A stretch of 55,581 bases of DNA from a virus (taxonomy: Duplodnaviria > Caudoviricetes), in IMG/VR virus record IMGVR_UViG_3300030419_003947, positions 1 to 55,581 of that record, one strand, 5' to 3'. Positions 1 to 10,208 of this stretch are shown piece after piece; position 1 is the stretch's first letter; every line of letters begins with the position of its first letter. Under the pieces are notes generated by a model. That model was not told the origin of the DNA. It ran no database searches and saw only the letters and a list, made by a program, of their open reading frames with translations. The translations under genes and the position numbers were made by a program.

Positions 1-754
1 TGCTAAAACCTCTAAATGGATCAACTAAACCAAACATATCTCGCACTACTGCAATCGCTTCTGTATGTTGATCCTCTATGCCGACATTTCTGGTACGAAG
101 AAAAGTGTCTCCATCATTTCTTTCCTGTAAATTTCCTTGAAAACGATCTTCGGAACCCGACCCCCATCGCAATATAGTATCGGTAAGAAGGTCAACGCGA
201 TATAATTGTGTAGCTGTAGCGACATAAATATTTCTATCCTTATAATCTAAATCCTCCATAGCCCCATTACCTAATGGACCATTGCTACCCTTCAAATAAA
301 CACTGTGGATTTCGCCATCAAGTGAGTTGCGAATCACAAGCGAATCTTGCCCCACACTGATCTCCGCTTGACCCACCACAGGAAATGCTAGCGTAGTATC
401 ACCGCGATTCGCTTGAAACATCGACAGAGTAGACTCACGGATCTGTGCTTCAGGTAATGAACCGTAGCAGGGATCATCTATGTTCGATGGATCGAAATTA
501 ACGCAGTTGTATAACGCCTGTCGATCATCCCACCCGATGATTTTATGCGCCCCACCAGAAGCTTTCCCAGCACTGGTGATGGTCGTGTCCTGACGTTCTT
601 TGACCAACTCCTGCGTGGACATAATCAACCCATATTTAGAGGTCGAATTGATAAAGCGATTGTAGTCGTCTTTCTGTGTTACAGCACCCCACTGTGCGGC
701 AACTGGCACCGACAACGCGAGGGATAATGCTATAGATTTAAGAGCTTGGAACAT
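1..754 (-). CDS. 5' part of a ~956-aa junction-spanning protein (signal peptide + LamG-like + beta-helix); continues into 53372..55581
   Basis: Hand translation shows an open frame from ATG at 754 (AGGAG upstream; MFQALKSIALSLALSVPVAAQWG...) through the repeat, in frame with ORF 53372..55534. Missed by the ORF track. Confidence 0.9.
   Translation of the reverse strand, partial: MFQALKSIALSLALSVPVAAQWGAVTQKDDYNRFINSTSKYGLIMSTQELVKERQDTTITSAGKASGGAHKIIGWDDRQALYNCVNFDPSNIDDPCYGSLPEAQIRESTLSMFQANRGDTTLAFPVVGQAEISVGQDSLVIRNSLDGEIHSVYLKGSNGPLGNGAMEDLDYKDRNIYVATATQLYRVDLLTDTILRWGSGSEDRFQGNLQERNDGDTFLRTRNVGIEDQHTEAIAVVRDMFGLVDPFRGFS
2..93. repeat. Terminal direct repeat (92 bp), left copy; circular assembly overlap
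   Basis: 2-93 is identical to 55490-55581 (base 1 differs from 55489). Implies a circular or permuted genome of ~55,488 bp. Confidence 0.97.
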
Positions 755-3146
755 CGTTGATATCTCCTGTCGGGATATAAAATTCTGCATCCGCACGGGC
801 AAAACTTGTTGCACTTGTAGCGTTTCCCAATAACCACCATCTTCCATCACTTGACTTCCACCATCCCAATGAAAATACCGTTGGACTGCCAGAGCTTGCT
901 ACTGTTACTCTCATGGCGGCCCCAACGTGCATGTCAAGAGGGTAAGATAGACCAGAGGACGCTGGAGTTTCCCACGCAGGGGCAACGCCAGCACCACCAG
1001 AGGTTAGAACTTGTCCATCAGATCCGTAGTTAGCTCCACCTACTCCAAGTTCACCTTGGCTGGTAAACCTAAACTTCTCCGTAGCTGCTTCAGAGTGACC
1101 AGTATAGAATATCAAGTCAGTAGCATTTACTGAAGCAGTAAACGTATCTTGTGCTATCGCCTTGATAGCGGCAGCTATTGCCCTTGCATCAGTATCTTGA
1201 GCTTCCAAGGGTGCTTGAAACTCTATCTGCCCAAGGACGTCATTCGCTGCTACGGCTGTCTGTGCGGTAGCAAGTAGAAGCTTTCCAGAGCTACCAGTGG
1301 CATCAGCAGACGGACCTAATATTCGCAACTGATCGGCACTCTCATCCCACTCCATGTAGGCACCGGGAGAGTCACCAAAAAACTTTACGTCCTTCCCCGT
1401 GCCATCCACGCCAACGGTAACCGTTCCAGTAAAAGTTTTATCGCCAGTGAACGTCTGCGAACCACTAAGATGCGCCGTATCAGAATCAAGGTATGCCGAA
1501 GCTATTACGTCACCCTGCCACGTTCCGGTTCCAATAGTTCCTACGGTAACAAGATTTGCACAAACTGTTATTGCAGCTTGTGTCCCACCCGTTACTGTTG
1601 CAGCAGTACCAGAGGCGTTGCCCGTCACATTGCCCGTAAGAACCATTCCACTTTCAAGCGTTATACCGCCATCATTAATATTGCCAATATTTGTTTCATC
1701 AACATAAAAGCTCATCTTGCCATGATTGGCAGTGCCGCTAGCGGTTTTAGTAGTAAATCGAAGTTCTTCCAGAGTCTTATCGCTGCCACCATTGAGAGCT
1801 TGAATGACCAATGCTTCTGTTGCAGATGTTCCAATACTCAGTGATGTGTCTGCATTATTGTTATCATCAAATATTGTTAGATCGCCAGCGGTAACGACAA
1901 CCGTTCCAGTACCTGCATTTAAAGTGAGGTTGTTGTTCCCACTTGTGTCTATAGTAGCAGCAGCGTCAAAACTCAAGGTAGAAGCATCAGACTCTATTGT
2001 CCCGCCATCTAGCGTCAATACAGCACTTCCAGCATCCAAGGACAAAGCATTATTGCCACTGGTGTCTATGGTAGATGCGGCATCAAAGCTTAGTGTAGTG
2101 GCCTTAACTGCTAAGGCTTGCCCACTGTCACCGATAGAATCTGTATAAACATTTGACCATCGAACGCTGGTAGTCCCAAGGTCATCCGTGCTATCAGTAT
2201 CAGAAACAATATTTGCTCCGCTCTGGATACCCCCGGTATGAACGCTTTGTGCTGTGAAAGTACCTACCCCAACTACAGCCAGCGTGCTATCAAGCTTTAC
2301 TGCGCCATCGTCCACCCACAAAGAATAATTGCTTCCTCCCTCAGTGGGGGCATTTTTAACATATAGCGTGGCAGCATTAGTTACAGTGCCTGTTGCCGTA
2401 ATATTAGGCTCTTCTATGGCAACGCTGGCAACTAAGGCTGTAGTCCCAGAGGGAATCGTTTGCGCCCCGCCAGCGGTCACATGTAAGGCATACGTATCAT
2501 TGGTTGCAGTGTGAGAAGCAGCAGGAGGGCTTATCGTAACAAATTTATCATCTGCCCCAGCGGCACCGAAGGCAAAGGTGTCCAATCCAGCATCTACGAC
2601 AAAGCCATTCGCAATATTATTTGTCTCTATCCGAAAGTCTATATCGGCAGATCCATCATTGAATACAACCCTACCTGCCCCATCTGCCGGGGTTCCCGCT
2701 ACCATAAACTCAGCAGCAGACCCTGCGACTAAAGCCTTAAGCTTTATCTCTGAATCTTCATCGCCATTATCGGTGTCTGTCATAATGACTTCCAGCTCAC
2801 CGATTGTTGCTACATTCCCCTCATCGTCATCGGCATTAAATAAAAGCTCTACCCCATCTCCATCAGCAGGAGTTCCAGAAGCGGGGTCTATAGAAAAGAT
2901 GGCAGCAGTTCGCACTCCCCCTGCGGCAGCAGACGTATTCTCAAAGGTCTTCAAGCCCGTTATTGTTTGAGCCTGTCCCATGACTACTATACCATCAGAG
3001 TTGGTATAGTCTACGTTGTTTTCATCAATATTATTGCCTTCTACAAAAGTTCGTAGATTGGTTATCCATCCATTAAGAGGTGCAGCAATAATATCGCCAC
3101 CAGCAACTGGAAGCGTAGATGTAGTTGGAACAGTTACAGTAGCCAT
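738..3146 (-). CDS. Tail fibre protein (802 aa)
   Basis: Thr/Ala/Gly/Asp-rich with fibre-type motifs (QTITGLKTF, GSQTFTGDKTFTG, GSDGQVLTSGG); follows the nozzle gene. Confidence 0.75.
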   Translation of the reverse strand: MATVTVPTTSTLPVAGGDIIAAPLNGWITNLRTFVEGNNIDENNVDYTNSDGIVVMGQAQTITGLKTFENTSAAAGGVRTAAIFSIDPASGTPADGDGVELLFNADDDEGNVATIGELEVIMTDTDNGDEDSEIKLKALVAGSAAEFMVAGTPADGAGRVVFNDGSADIDFRIETNNIANGFVVDAGLDTFAFGAAGADDKFVTISPPAASHTATNDTYALHVTAGGAQTIPSGTTALVASVAIEEPNITATGTVTNAATLYVKNAPTEGGSNYSLWVDDGAVKLDSTLAVVGVGTFTAQSVHTGGIQSGANIVSDTDSTDDLGTTSVRWSNVYTDSIGDSGQALAVKATTLSFDAASTIDTSGNNALSLDAGSAVLTLDGGTIESDASTLSFDAAATIDTSGNNNLTLNAGTGTVVVTAGDLTIFDDNNNADTSLSIGTSATEALVIQALNGGSDKTLEELRFTTKTASGTANHGKMSFYVDETNIGNINDGGITLESGMVLTGNVTGNASGTAATVTGGTQAAITVCANLVTVGTIGTGTWQGDVIASAYLDSDTAHLSGSQTFTGDKTFTGTVTVGVDGTGKDVKFFGDSPGAYMEWDESADQLRILGPSADATGSSGKLLLATAQTAVAANDVLGQIEFQAPLEAQDTDARAIAAAIKAIAQDTFTASVNATDLIFYTGHSEAATEKFRFTSQGELGVGGANYGSDGQVLTSGGAGVAPAWETPASSGLSYPLDMHVGAAMRVTVASSGSPTVFSLGWWKSSDGRWWLLGNATSATSFARADAEFYIPTGDINDVPSS

Positions 3147-3154
3147 ATCTATCC

Positions 3155-4735
3155 TTATGCTGCTGTGTTAGCGGTGGTATCGTCTACGGTATACCATATT
3201 TGATATCCGACCAGACTTACAGTTGAAGATCCAGTTATTCTAAACCCAGCGGTCAATGCCGTTCTGTTGCATCCCCACATCTTTCTATCGTTACCACCAC
3301 CGGGATAGCGCAATGCAGTATCGTATTGATGTCCTTCGTCATACTGAAGATCAGTTCCAAGCTCCATAACTTTTGTTCTTGAACCACGAATGCCTTCATC
3401 TCGTATGAGCTGAAGCGTTATTGATTGAGGACCATCTCCTACATCTCTATAAAAGAGGACTACATTATGTATGGTTTTTTCTACGCCGGGAAATCCTAAA
3501 TCATTAGGAGCTGTCTCTATTTCCCACTGAATGGCAGTGCCATCATCATCTGTTCCAGTGTTCGACTTATACATATAGCCACTGCTATATCCACCCAATA
3601 AATCGTATTCTATTCCACTATCAAAATAATGACTAATATAGCTAAGTTTCGTTGTTTCATGCTTGTCTATGGATATATCCCCATTCTCCCAATCCCACGA
3701 CAAGATCAGATCATGTCCCGTAGTATTTGCTGAAGATGACATCAGCACACGAACTTGATGCTCTTTCTCTCTAATAGAGGAAACAGCATACTGAAGACGG
3801 TTCATATTAAAGGTATCTTGAAAATCTATATCCTTGGTTACAATGGAAAACTTGCCCTCTGGCGTTATTACATATCCACCTTCTCTGGCAATGCCAAAGA
3901 TAAATTCGGGCCTTGCAACCATAGACGTTTTAGATACTGGATGAAACCCTCTCAGGTTTCCAACTTCTTCATCTGGAACATATTCAATGTATCCAGAATT
4001 ATATTCCAATCTACCGGGGTATATGCCATCTGTCTTAGCTATCCACAGCTTGCCCCAATTGTCTACTCCTCCAACGATAGGCGCACTGTTTTCGCCACCA
4101 ATCTCATACCGACTATTTGATGGATAGCGAGTAATATCTCCTGTAAAGTCCTTCGTATTCACATCTGACCAAATAATGCGAGTAAGCTTTTTGCTTGAAG
4201 AAATCGTCGGCACTAAAACTACTAAGGCATTGTTATGCTCTATAAGTTGCTCTGCTGCTGTAAATGCTGTCGAATCCGAGGCAAACGTAAAAGCCACAGC
4301 ATTGCCCGTCCCTGCCCACTTAAAGCAATTGTCTTTTCCATTAGTTCCAACTATAGTGTCTTGAACAAAGTCGAGTGTAAAATATTCATCGTTGCTACCC
4401 GACAGAGACACGCTGCTTGTTATGTCAGACCTAGTAGACCCATCATCCGTATAGATCTTATCGGGAGTGCAAAATAGTCTTTTTGCTCCATGCGAAGCAA
4501 AGGTTTCTTCAATAAAGCCCATCATTGGCTCTGATGATGGGATTACAGTAGTATTGTACTTTTCATAGCCATTTCTGGACGCGGCTAGATTTTTCTCTGA
4601 GAAATTAATATTGGATATAACAATACAATTTTCTGGAGAAAGATCTGGATGAGGATACACCAAACGATCTTTTAGTCCTCTCAATCTATAAATAGGACTC
4701 TTTTCAAGAGAGGTTTTATTTAGAGGTTGAGCCAT
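3155..4735 (-). CDS. Putative tail nozzle / tail stabilisation protein (526 aa)
   Basis: Size, beta-rich sequence and position between adaptor and fibre, as in podoviruses. Confidence 0.6.
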   Translation of the reverse strand: MAQPLNKTSLEKSPIYRLRGLKDRLVYPHPDLSPENCIVISNINFSEKNLAASRNGYEKYNTTVIPSSEPMMGFIEETFASHGAKRLFCTPDKIYTDDGSTRSDITSSVSLSGSNDEYFTLDFVQDTIVGTNGKDNCFKWAGTGNAVAFTFASDSTAFTAAEQLIEHNNALVVLVPTISSSKKLTRIIWSDVNTKDFTGDITRYPSNSRYEIGGENSAPIVGGVDNWGKLWIAKTDGIYPGRLEYNSGYIEYVPDEEVGNLRGFHPVSKTSMVARPEFIFGIAREGGYVITPEGKFSIVTKDIDFQDTFNMNRLQYAVSSIREKEHQVRVLMSSSANTTGHDLILSWDWENGDISIDKHETTKLSYISHYFDSGIEYDLLGGYSSGYMYKSNTGTDDDGTAIQWEIETAPNDLGFPGVEKTIHNVVLFYRDVGDGPQSITLQLIRDEGIRGSRTKVMELGTDLQYDEGHQYDTALRYPGGGNDRKMWGCNRTALTAGFRITGSSTVSLVGYQIWYTVDDTTANTAA

Positions 4736-5730
4736 TAAGAATTACTCGCATTGGGTATTTTCTCGCCACTACCACGGGAGATATATCTATTAGAGACATT
4801 CCTAAACGATCTTGAGCGAACTCCCTTGTGCTGCTTCCTGCCTAAATATGCTTCTTTTCTTACTTGATACTTTTGTCGTGCTGCTGCCGATGCAGACTCC
4901 TTACCCTTCCCGGCCAACAATATTGCCTCTGGGCCAAGCACTAAAAGGTCATGGTATTCTTCTGGAATTTCGGGCCAATCGTCATCATTTATAAGCGGTG
5001 GCTTTTGGGCCAAGCATCGCACGACATAGGTCATTGCCGTATCTGGGGTGTAATCAAACTCCCACCATTGATACGAAGGCGATTTACCCCAATAAGGAGG
5101 AATAACGGCCAAGGTGTTATCAGAAACATCTTTGACGGTTACGTATCCAGAAAACTCAGCACTACTGGCGTTAGAGAGAACGAGTCTTCGTATCCCTATT
5201 CCATTAGAGACAGCATCAAAGCTAGCAGAAGATTCAACTTCAGTTGTTCCATTCATCTCAATGGACTCTCTAATATCTACACCGGAAGACATCCCATTGA
5301 CAATGATGTTGAAGTTACCACCAGAGACATCTGAGGTGGATGATGAAACTACAGATATCTTACCTGCGGATGCTGGTTGTTTCTGAACTCCATACTCACC
5401 AAACCAATAGGCGTTGAGTGGAGTGCCAGACTCTGAAAGACCCGCACGATTACGGTCAAATTCGTGCGGACCTCTCAGAGGGATAGACCTATCATTTGTG
5501 TCATCTTCAATGTTTAAAACCTGAGACACATATATGGGCATTCCATATTTAGAAATGCCAGAGACAGTGGTAAGCGTAAACTCTCGCCTTTCTAAGTCAC
5601 TGTCTCCCTCTGCGAGGATCTCTCTGTAAGTAAAGTTAATCTCTCGCTTCGCCATCACTTGAAAGTCATCGCCATCCTCTTCGGAAGCGATAAGATTCAA
5701 GTGACTATATAGGTCTTTGAATGTAGGCAT
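4735..5730 (-). CDS. Putative head-tail adaptor protein (331 aa)
   Basis: C-terminal D.D.PEIPEEYHDLLVLG motif seen in phage adaptor proteins; gene position. Confidence 0.65.
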   Translation of the reverse strand: MPTFKDLYSHLNLIASEEDGDDFQVMAKREINFTYREILAEGDSDLERREFTLTTVSGISKYGMPIYVSQVLNIEDDTNDRSIPLRGPHEFDRNRAGLSESGTPLNAYWFGEYGVQKQPASAGKISVVSSSTSDVSGGNFNIIVNGMSSGVDIRESIEMNGTTEVESSASFDAVSNGIGIRRLVLSNASSAEFSGYVTVKDVSDNTLAVIPPYWGKSPSYQWWEFDYTPDTAMTYVVRCLAQKPPLINDDDWPEIPEEYHDLLVLGPEAILLAGKGKESASAAARQKYQVRKEAYLGRKQHKGVRSRSFRNVSNRYISRGSGEKIPNASNS

Positions 5731-5737
5731 TCGTTAT

Positions 5738-6589
5738 TTACTTCTTCTTAGATTTAGAATTGCTTTTAGGTTTTGCCGCTTCCATTTCTTCTACGGCTTT
5801 TTCTTCCTGCGCCAGCATCGCCTCTTCTTCAGCCAATTCTTCTTTGGTCAGTGGCTCTGGATTGTCTGGAGCATCCATGTCAATCCAAGCTTTCATCTGC
5901 TCTGGGGAATTGCTTTTAAGCATTTCCTGCATCACCGATTGAGCATCTACCACTTCGCCATTTTTAACAGCTACCTTCGATGGATCATTTGGAACTACGC
6001 CCGTTTCGTCTAAGCGATTCATAAGCTTACCGAAAAACTGTTCCATAGAACTAAACATTTCGGCTTGCTCCATGTTCTTCTGTCGTTCATACGTTTCTGC
6101 AAGCTTGCGCCTTGCCTCTGGCCCATTGGTCAGCTTAACCCAGCCAAGACGAAAGCACCACTCCGTATAACGAGGAAGCTGAACATCCATTGTTTCTTCC
6201 AGAAGTTCTGCTTCATCTTCTTTAATTACTCTGCCATTATTCATATCTATGGCAACGGTAGATTCGGGAGTGCCAACAAAGCGCATAATCAACCCATCGT
6301 CTTCCGATACACCAACGATATCGTCATCCATTAACCGATCTTCCATCCCCAATATGGCAACCTTGGGATGTGCCACTAGAGTCGTTTCCCACTCCTTGTG
6401 TGCAGTATCAGACAGGTCGGGAGATTGTGCTTCATATTTGCGGTAAACAATCTTTGCCTTATCAGACTTAGACAGAGGAAGAGGAACACCATCGTCTAAA
6501 CTGGCACGACCAGCACGGACCTCTTCTTCCAGTTCTTTTGTCAACGTGTTATCAATACTGACAGTGGGCTTAGTTGAGGGACTCAGCAT
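5738..6589 (-). CDS. Hypothetical acidic protein (283 aa)
   Basis: Long ORF with AGGAG RBS in the late operon. Confidence 0.75.
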   Translation of the reverse strand: MLSPSTKPTVSIDNTLTKELEEEVRAGRASLDDGVPLPLSKSDKAKIVYRKYEAQSPDLSDTAHKEWETTLVAHPKVAILGMEDRLMDDDIVGVSEDDGLIMRFVGTPESTVAIDMNNGRVIKEDEAELLEETMDVQLPRYTEWCFRLGWVKLTNGPEARRKLAETYERQKNMEQAEMFSSMEQFFGKLMNRLDETGVVPNDPSKVAVKNGEVVDAQSVMQEMLKSNSPEQMKAWIDMDAPDNPEPLTKEELAEEEAMLAQEEKAVEEMEAAKPKSNSKSKKK

Positions 6590-6600
6590 GATACGCTCCT

Positions 6601-6900
6601 TTAGTGTCCACTAATGGTAATTTGGCAATCTGCGCTAGAAGAAGCGATTGCCCCTTCTGCCTTATTGCCCATCCGACATGCCAGACTTAGTCCAGCAAAA
6701 TGAAATGACGTTCCTTCGATGCTGACATCTATCTTACTTTCCCATACGATGGTCGTTCCATCTTTTACGGTAATTACAGAGTCAGCATCTACATGTCCAG
6801 AGACTGCGGTGACAACATAAAACCTATTGCCTTCCGCTGCCTTGGTGGCGGTAGCACCCGAATTTGTTCCCGCCTTAGTTGCGCTCCAAAATGAATCCAT
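6601..6900 (-). CDS. Small beta-rich putative virion protein (99 aa)
   Basis: GGAG RBS, operon context, beta-strand pattern. Confidence 0.6.
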   Translation of the reverse strand: MDSFWSATKAGTNSGATATKAAEGNRFYVVTAVSGHVDADSVITVKDGTTIVWESKIDVSIEGTSFHFAGLSLACRMGNKAEGAIASSSADCQITISGH

Positions 6901-6916
6901 CTTGATCTCCGTTTAT

Positions 6917-6982
6917 AAAAAGAGGTGGACCGATAAGACCCTCAAGGAATAAGAGTTAAGCCCAAACTTACCAGCCCACCCC
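6917..6982 (-). terminator. Intrinsic terminator with an unusually large 29-nt loop
   Basis: Minus-strand RNA GGGGUGGGCUGGUAAG / CUUAUCGGUCCACCUC (16 bp with G-U pairs, so strand-specific) followed by UUUUU, just after the glycosyltransferase cassette. Confidence 0.75.
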
Positions 6983-6986
6983 AACT

Positions 6987-7898
6987 CTATGCAGCCACAT
7001 TGAAATCATCCAAAATGCGTTGCATCCGTTTGTGATACGTATGTCCCGACCTAACTTTTTCATGTCCTGCTTGGGCTATTTTTTCTCGCTCTATAGGATT
7101 ATCCAAATAATACTGGCTCTTGTTAACAAGATCCTCCTTGGTTTCATATCCTATGAAATGAGTGCCATCTTCAAATCCAAGATCATCGATGCCTTCGACA
7201 TTGGTATTGGTAAGAAGACATGTTCCTGTCGATAATATCTCAAAGAAGCGCATATTCAAATCATTGCGAATACTAATATTGAACCCCAGCCTTCCCCGAA
7301 TAATACGCACTGCCATGTCTTCAAAAAAGCATTGCCATGCCAGCCATGAGTTGGGGAAATGCTTAAAGGCATAATCTAGCCACTCTATTCTATTATTAGA
7401 TTCACTGGTGCCATCCCCTTCATTGAGGAATCCAACAAACGACAGATCATATTGCTTGTCCAATCCCTTTCCCCAAGTATGGTCATCTTTGTTCTTATGA
7501 ACCATCATCTCAGATAGATTAGGATGTGCCATTGGATTACATGCCAGCGGCAACCAGTATGCTTCTTTAATGCCATCTTTCTTCATCTTTACTACACCCT
7601 CTTTTTGGGCGCAGTAAACTTTATCAAATTGCCGTGCTTTCCACAGCCTGTAATCATATCCCAAATGGGTATCTATAGCCCAATATGCAGATGGGCCGGG
7701 ACATTCCCAAGTCAAATCATCCCTGCCGTCATCTACATAAATATACAACTCTCTTTCGGGAATACTGCCCTCTGGCCGCCACCTATCAACTTTATCGCCC
7801 CAGCCTAGCTGATGCTTTACTGAGTTAAAGGCCAAGGTAGCAGTGCCGTTATTGCGAATATCGCTATTGTAAACAAAGGAAACTCTTGAATCGCTCAT
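6987..7898 (-). CDS. Glycosyltransferase, CgeB/Glyco_trans_1_2-like (GT-B)
   Basis: YDLSFVG, FNISIRNDLNMRFFEILSTG, REKIAQAGHEKV...HTY..R motifs. Start moved to the ATG at 7898, which gives an ATGA overlap with the upstream stop. Confidence 0.85.
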   Translation of the reverse strand: MSDSRVSFVYNSDIRNNGTATLAFNSVKHQLGWGDKVDRWRPEGSIPERELYIYVDDGRDDLTWECPGPSAYWAIDTHLGYDYRLWKARQFDKVYCAQKEGVVKMKKDGIKEAYWLPLACNPMAHPNLSEMMVHKNKDDHTWGKGLDKQYDLSFVGFLNEGDGTSESNNRIEWLDYAFKHFPNSWLAWQCFFEDMAVRIIRGRLGFNISIRNDLNMRFFEILSTGTCLLTNTNVEGIDDLGFEDGTHFIGYETKEDLVNKSQYYLDNPIEREKIAQAGHEKVRSGHTYHKRMQRILDDFNVAA

Positions 7899-9172
7899 GC
7901 CGACACCTCTTCTGTTTTTAGTGTCCGACACTTCAAGGCAATTGTCCCGTGTATGTTTTCAACCAACTCTTCTACCCAAAAGTCCTGTGACTCTAGCAGG
8001 GCTTTTGCCGAATCGGGCGTGTACGCATGGACATGGGTATAGTCTATGAGCATTGTGGGCAAATACTCATGGTTTGGCATAGTCAGCAGTAGTGTTCCAG
8101 CAGGACGCAATACTCGCTTCCACTCTGTCAGAGCCTTATATGGATCGACTAAATGCTCCAAGAGATGAGGTGCCATTATATAGTCGATACTATTATTCTG
8201 AACAGGCAAATCGGAAGCATCAGCAGTAGTATCTGGATCTGCCTCTTCATATTTACGTCCTCCAGCCCCTCTTTCCCCAGCTTTGGCACTGTCAATGCCA
8301 ATAGCCTCGTAGTCATCCCCCTTATGCCCACACCCCAAATTAAGACCCTTCTTGCCTTCAAGAGACTCAAGGTGGGCATTCAACCATTCTTCTTCTCGTA
8401 ATCCATTGTCGATGCGCTCGGTGCCAGATCCGTAGGGTTGCCACCCCATCTGGAAGCACCGATACCACTTCTTTACCCCATGCTTACGTATGATCGCATT
8501 GTTGGTAGCTTCTTGGTGCTGCTTTGAATCCCAATAATTTTGATGAACTCTTTGTCCCGTCTGCTGACCTATATGATGTAGGTAGGCAGATCTATCTGCG
8601 ACCAAGGCAAATCCTTCGTCTTGGATTCTAATGGATGAATCCAAGTCATCGCCCCCCGGCAATGACTCATCTAATCCACCAATCTTTTTAAGCAAGTCCG
8701 TACGGACAACCATACAGAAACCTATAAGTAGGCTTGTTTCTAGTTCAACGGGAAGATTGATGTTGAATAGATTCTGATTGCCAGAAACGAAGTTTGAACA
8801 AGGACCAACTGCTCCTACTTCTGGCCGATTAAAATGACGAATCAGAGTGCGCCAAAACTCATTGGACTTTGGCGGGAACACCACATCATCATTCATCATG
8901 CAGAAGTAGGGGGTATCGGTCTTGGATAGGCCAATATTAATTGCACCCATCCATTTCATGTTGCTTCCCGGCTGAATGACCTCAATATTATCCACTTCAA
9001 TAGACTTGATCATAGCACAGATATTGTCTTGCGACTCCATGCTTGGGTCATTATTTATGATCATTATACTAAGTGGATACTCTGTATTTGCTACAAGAGA
9101 GTAGAGACACCACTGCAATTGCTGGTAGTTCTGATAGGTGGGAATACAGACTGTAAGAAGGGGTCTGGTCAT
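7895..9172 (-). CDS. GT2 glycosyltransferase fused to a class I SAM-dependent methyltransferase (425 aa)
   Basis: N-terminal LTVCIPTY, MMNDDV, LIGFCMVVR, GGLDE..GGDDLD; C-terminal LNLGCG, HLLEHL, EWKRVLRPAG. Confidence 0.88.
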   Translation of the reverse strand: MTRPLLTVCIPTYQNYQQLQWCLYSLVANTEYPLSIMIINNDPSMESQDNICAMIKSIEVDNIEVIQPGSNMKWMGAINIGLSKTDTPYFCMMNDDVVFPPKSNEFWRTLIRHFNRPEVGAVGPCSNFVSGNQNLFNINLPVELETSLLIGFCMVVRTDLLKKIGGLDESLPGGDDLDSSIRIQDEGFALVADRSAYLHHIGQQTGQRVHQNYWDSKQHQEATNNAIIRKHGVKKWYRCFQMGWQPYGSGTERIDNGLREEEWLNAHLESLEGKKGLNLGCGHKGDDYEAIGIDSAKAGERGAGGRKYEEADPDTTADASDLPVQNNSIDYIMAPHLLEHLVDPYKALTEWKRVLRPAGTLLLTMPNHEYLPTMLIDYTHVHAYTPDSAKALLESQDFWVEELVENIHGTIALKCRTLKTEEVSA

Positions 9173-10017
9173 GCGACTGCCTCCTTTTTTAGTCCATTGC
9201 CCATTAGGTTCTCAAATACTTGAGGATTGAGTTCTCTAAACGCCTCATAGTATTCTTCGCTAATCCAATCTTCTCCCCACTTCTTATGGCGAGTCTTGGT
9301 CGAGGTATCGACGTATCGTTGGATTCCATATTGGTGGCATTTGGTGCAAAAGAAGAAGTCTTCTCCTGCCCCGGTTGACTCAAACCAAGGCTGTGGCATC
9401 TGGCGAAATACATTCATATCGCACATGAAAACGCCAGTGCCAAATGCTAGCGAACCTCCCACATCAGCATTAGTGATTAGCTTGTCTTTTGGATAGTCCA
9501 AGACAAACTCACTGCTCATCATCGGCTTTCCAGACGTAGAATCTACAGATTCCTTGATCGTCATTATCACCGGATTGTATGGCTCTCTTGCTGTAAACGC
9601 CAGTGCTGCCACTACAGGAACTTGGTGCCGCCAAAGTCTGAGGAAAAGACTATGATCAAACATCATATCGTCATCCCACATGAGACAATAATCGGCATCC
9701 CATGCCAATGACGATTCGATAATCATCTCCCTCGCTTTTCCCGGCAACGAGCAGCGAGTATAATCTAGGAGTCCTAACTCCAAGACTCCCATCTTATCCA
9801 AATCTTCTTTGGTTGGCTCTGCGCCTAATTCTTCTGGACTATCGGGCGATAGCTTTGGCAAGCTATGCGTCATCATTTGCTCACCAATGGCATTATACAT
9901 GATCGTTCTTTGCCGTAGCTCACCCAAATACGTCATAAAGTCCATGAACCGAGCAAAACATGCGGTATCTGGACCATTATACCAAGGCATACCTATGACT
10001 AGTCTCATTTTATCCAC
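9169..10017 (-). CDS. GT-A fold (GT2-like) glycosyltransferase (282 aa)
   Basis: DxD motif LMWDDDM, GTGVFMC, GEDFFFC. Confidence 0.82.
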   Translation of the reverse strand: MDKMRLVIGMPWYNGPDTACFARFMDFMTYLGELRQRTIMYNAIGEQMMTHSLPKLSPDSPEELGAEPTKEDLDKMGVLELGLLDYTRCSLPGKAREMIIESSLAWDADYCLMWDDDMMFDHSLFLRLWRHQVPVVAALAFTAREPYNPVIMTIKESVDSTSGKPMMSSEFVLDYPKDKLITNADVGGSLAFGTGVFMCDMNVFRQMPQPWFESTGAGEDFFFCTKCHQYGIQRYVDTSTKTRHKKWGEDWISEEYYEAFRELNPQVFENLMGNGLKKEAVA

Positions 10018-10208
10018 CCCACTTTCATCTTAAAAAATTCCCAAGGGGAGGCATTCATAGCCATAGTATGCTTGTGTCCTACATGCTTCTTCTTCACCTC
10101 AGAAGGTGAATCGCTCCAGAACAATTCATTGCACTGGCAGCGATACAACCTTCTGGATGAAGTCGATGGGTCATGGGGCTTAAGGCATGACCTAATCTTG
10201 TTAAACAT
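10005..10208 (-). CDS. Small Cys/His protein (67 aa) leading the GT cassette
   Basis: AAGGAG RBS; CQC...H..H; overlaps the next gene start. Confidence 0.6.
   Translation of the reverse strand: MFNKIRSCLKPHDPSTSSRRLYRCQCNELFWSDSPSEVKKKHVGHKHTMAMNASPWEFFKMKVGWIK

Noticed and set aside
2-93. Biological direct terminal repeat or att site
   Set aside because: It falls mid-gene and has the size of an assembly overlap; true ends are more likely near 21.5-22.5 kb or circularly permuted.
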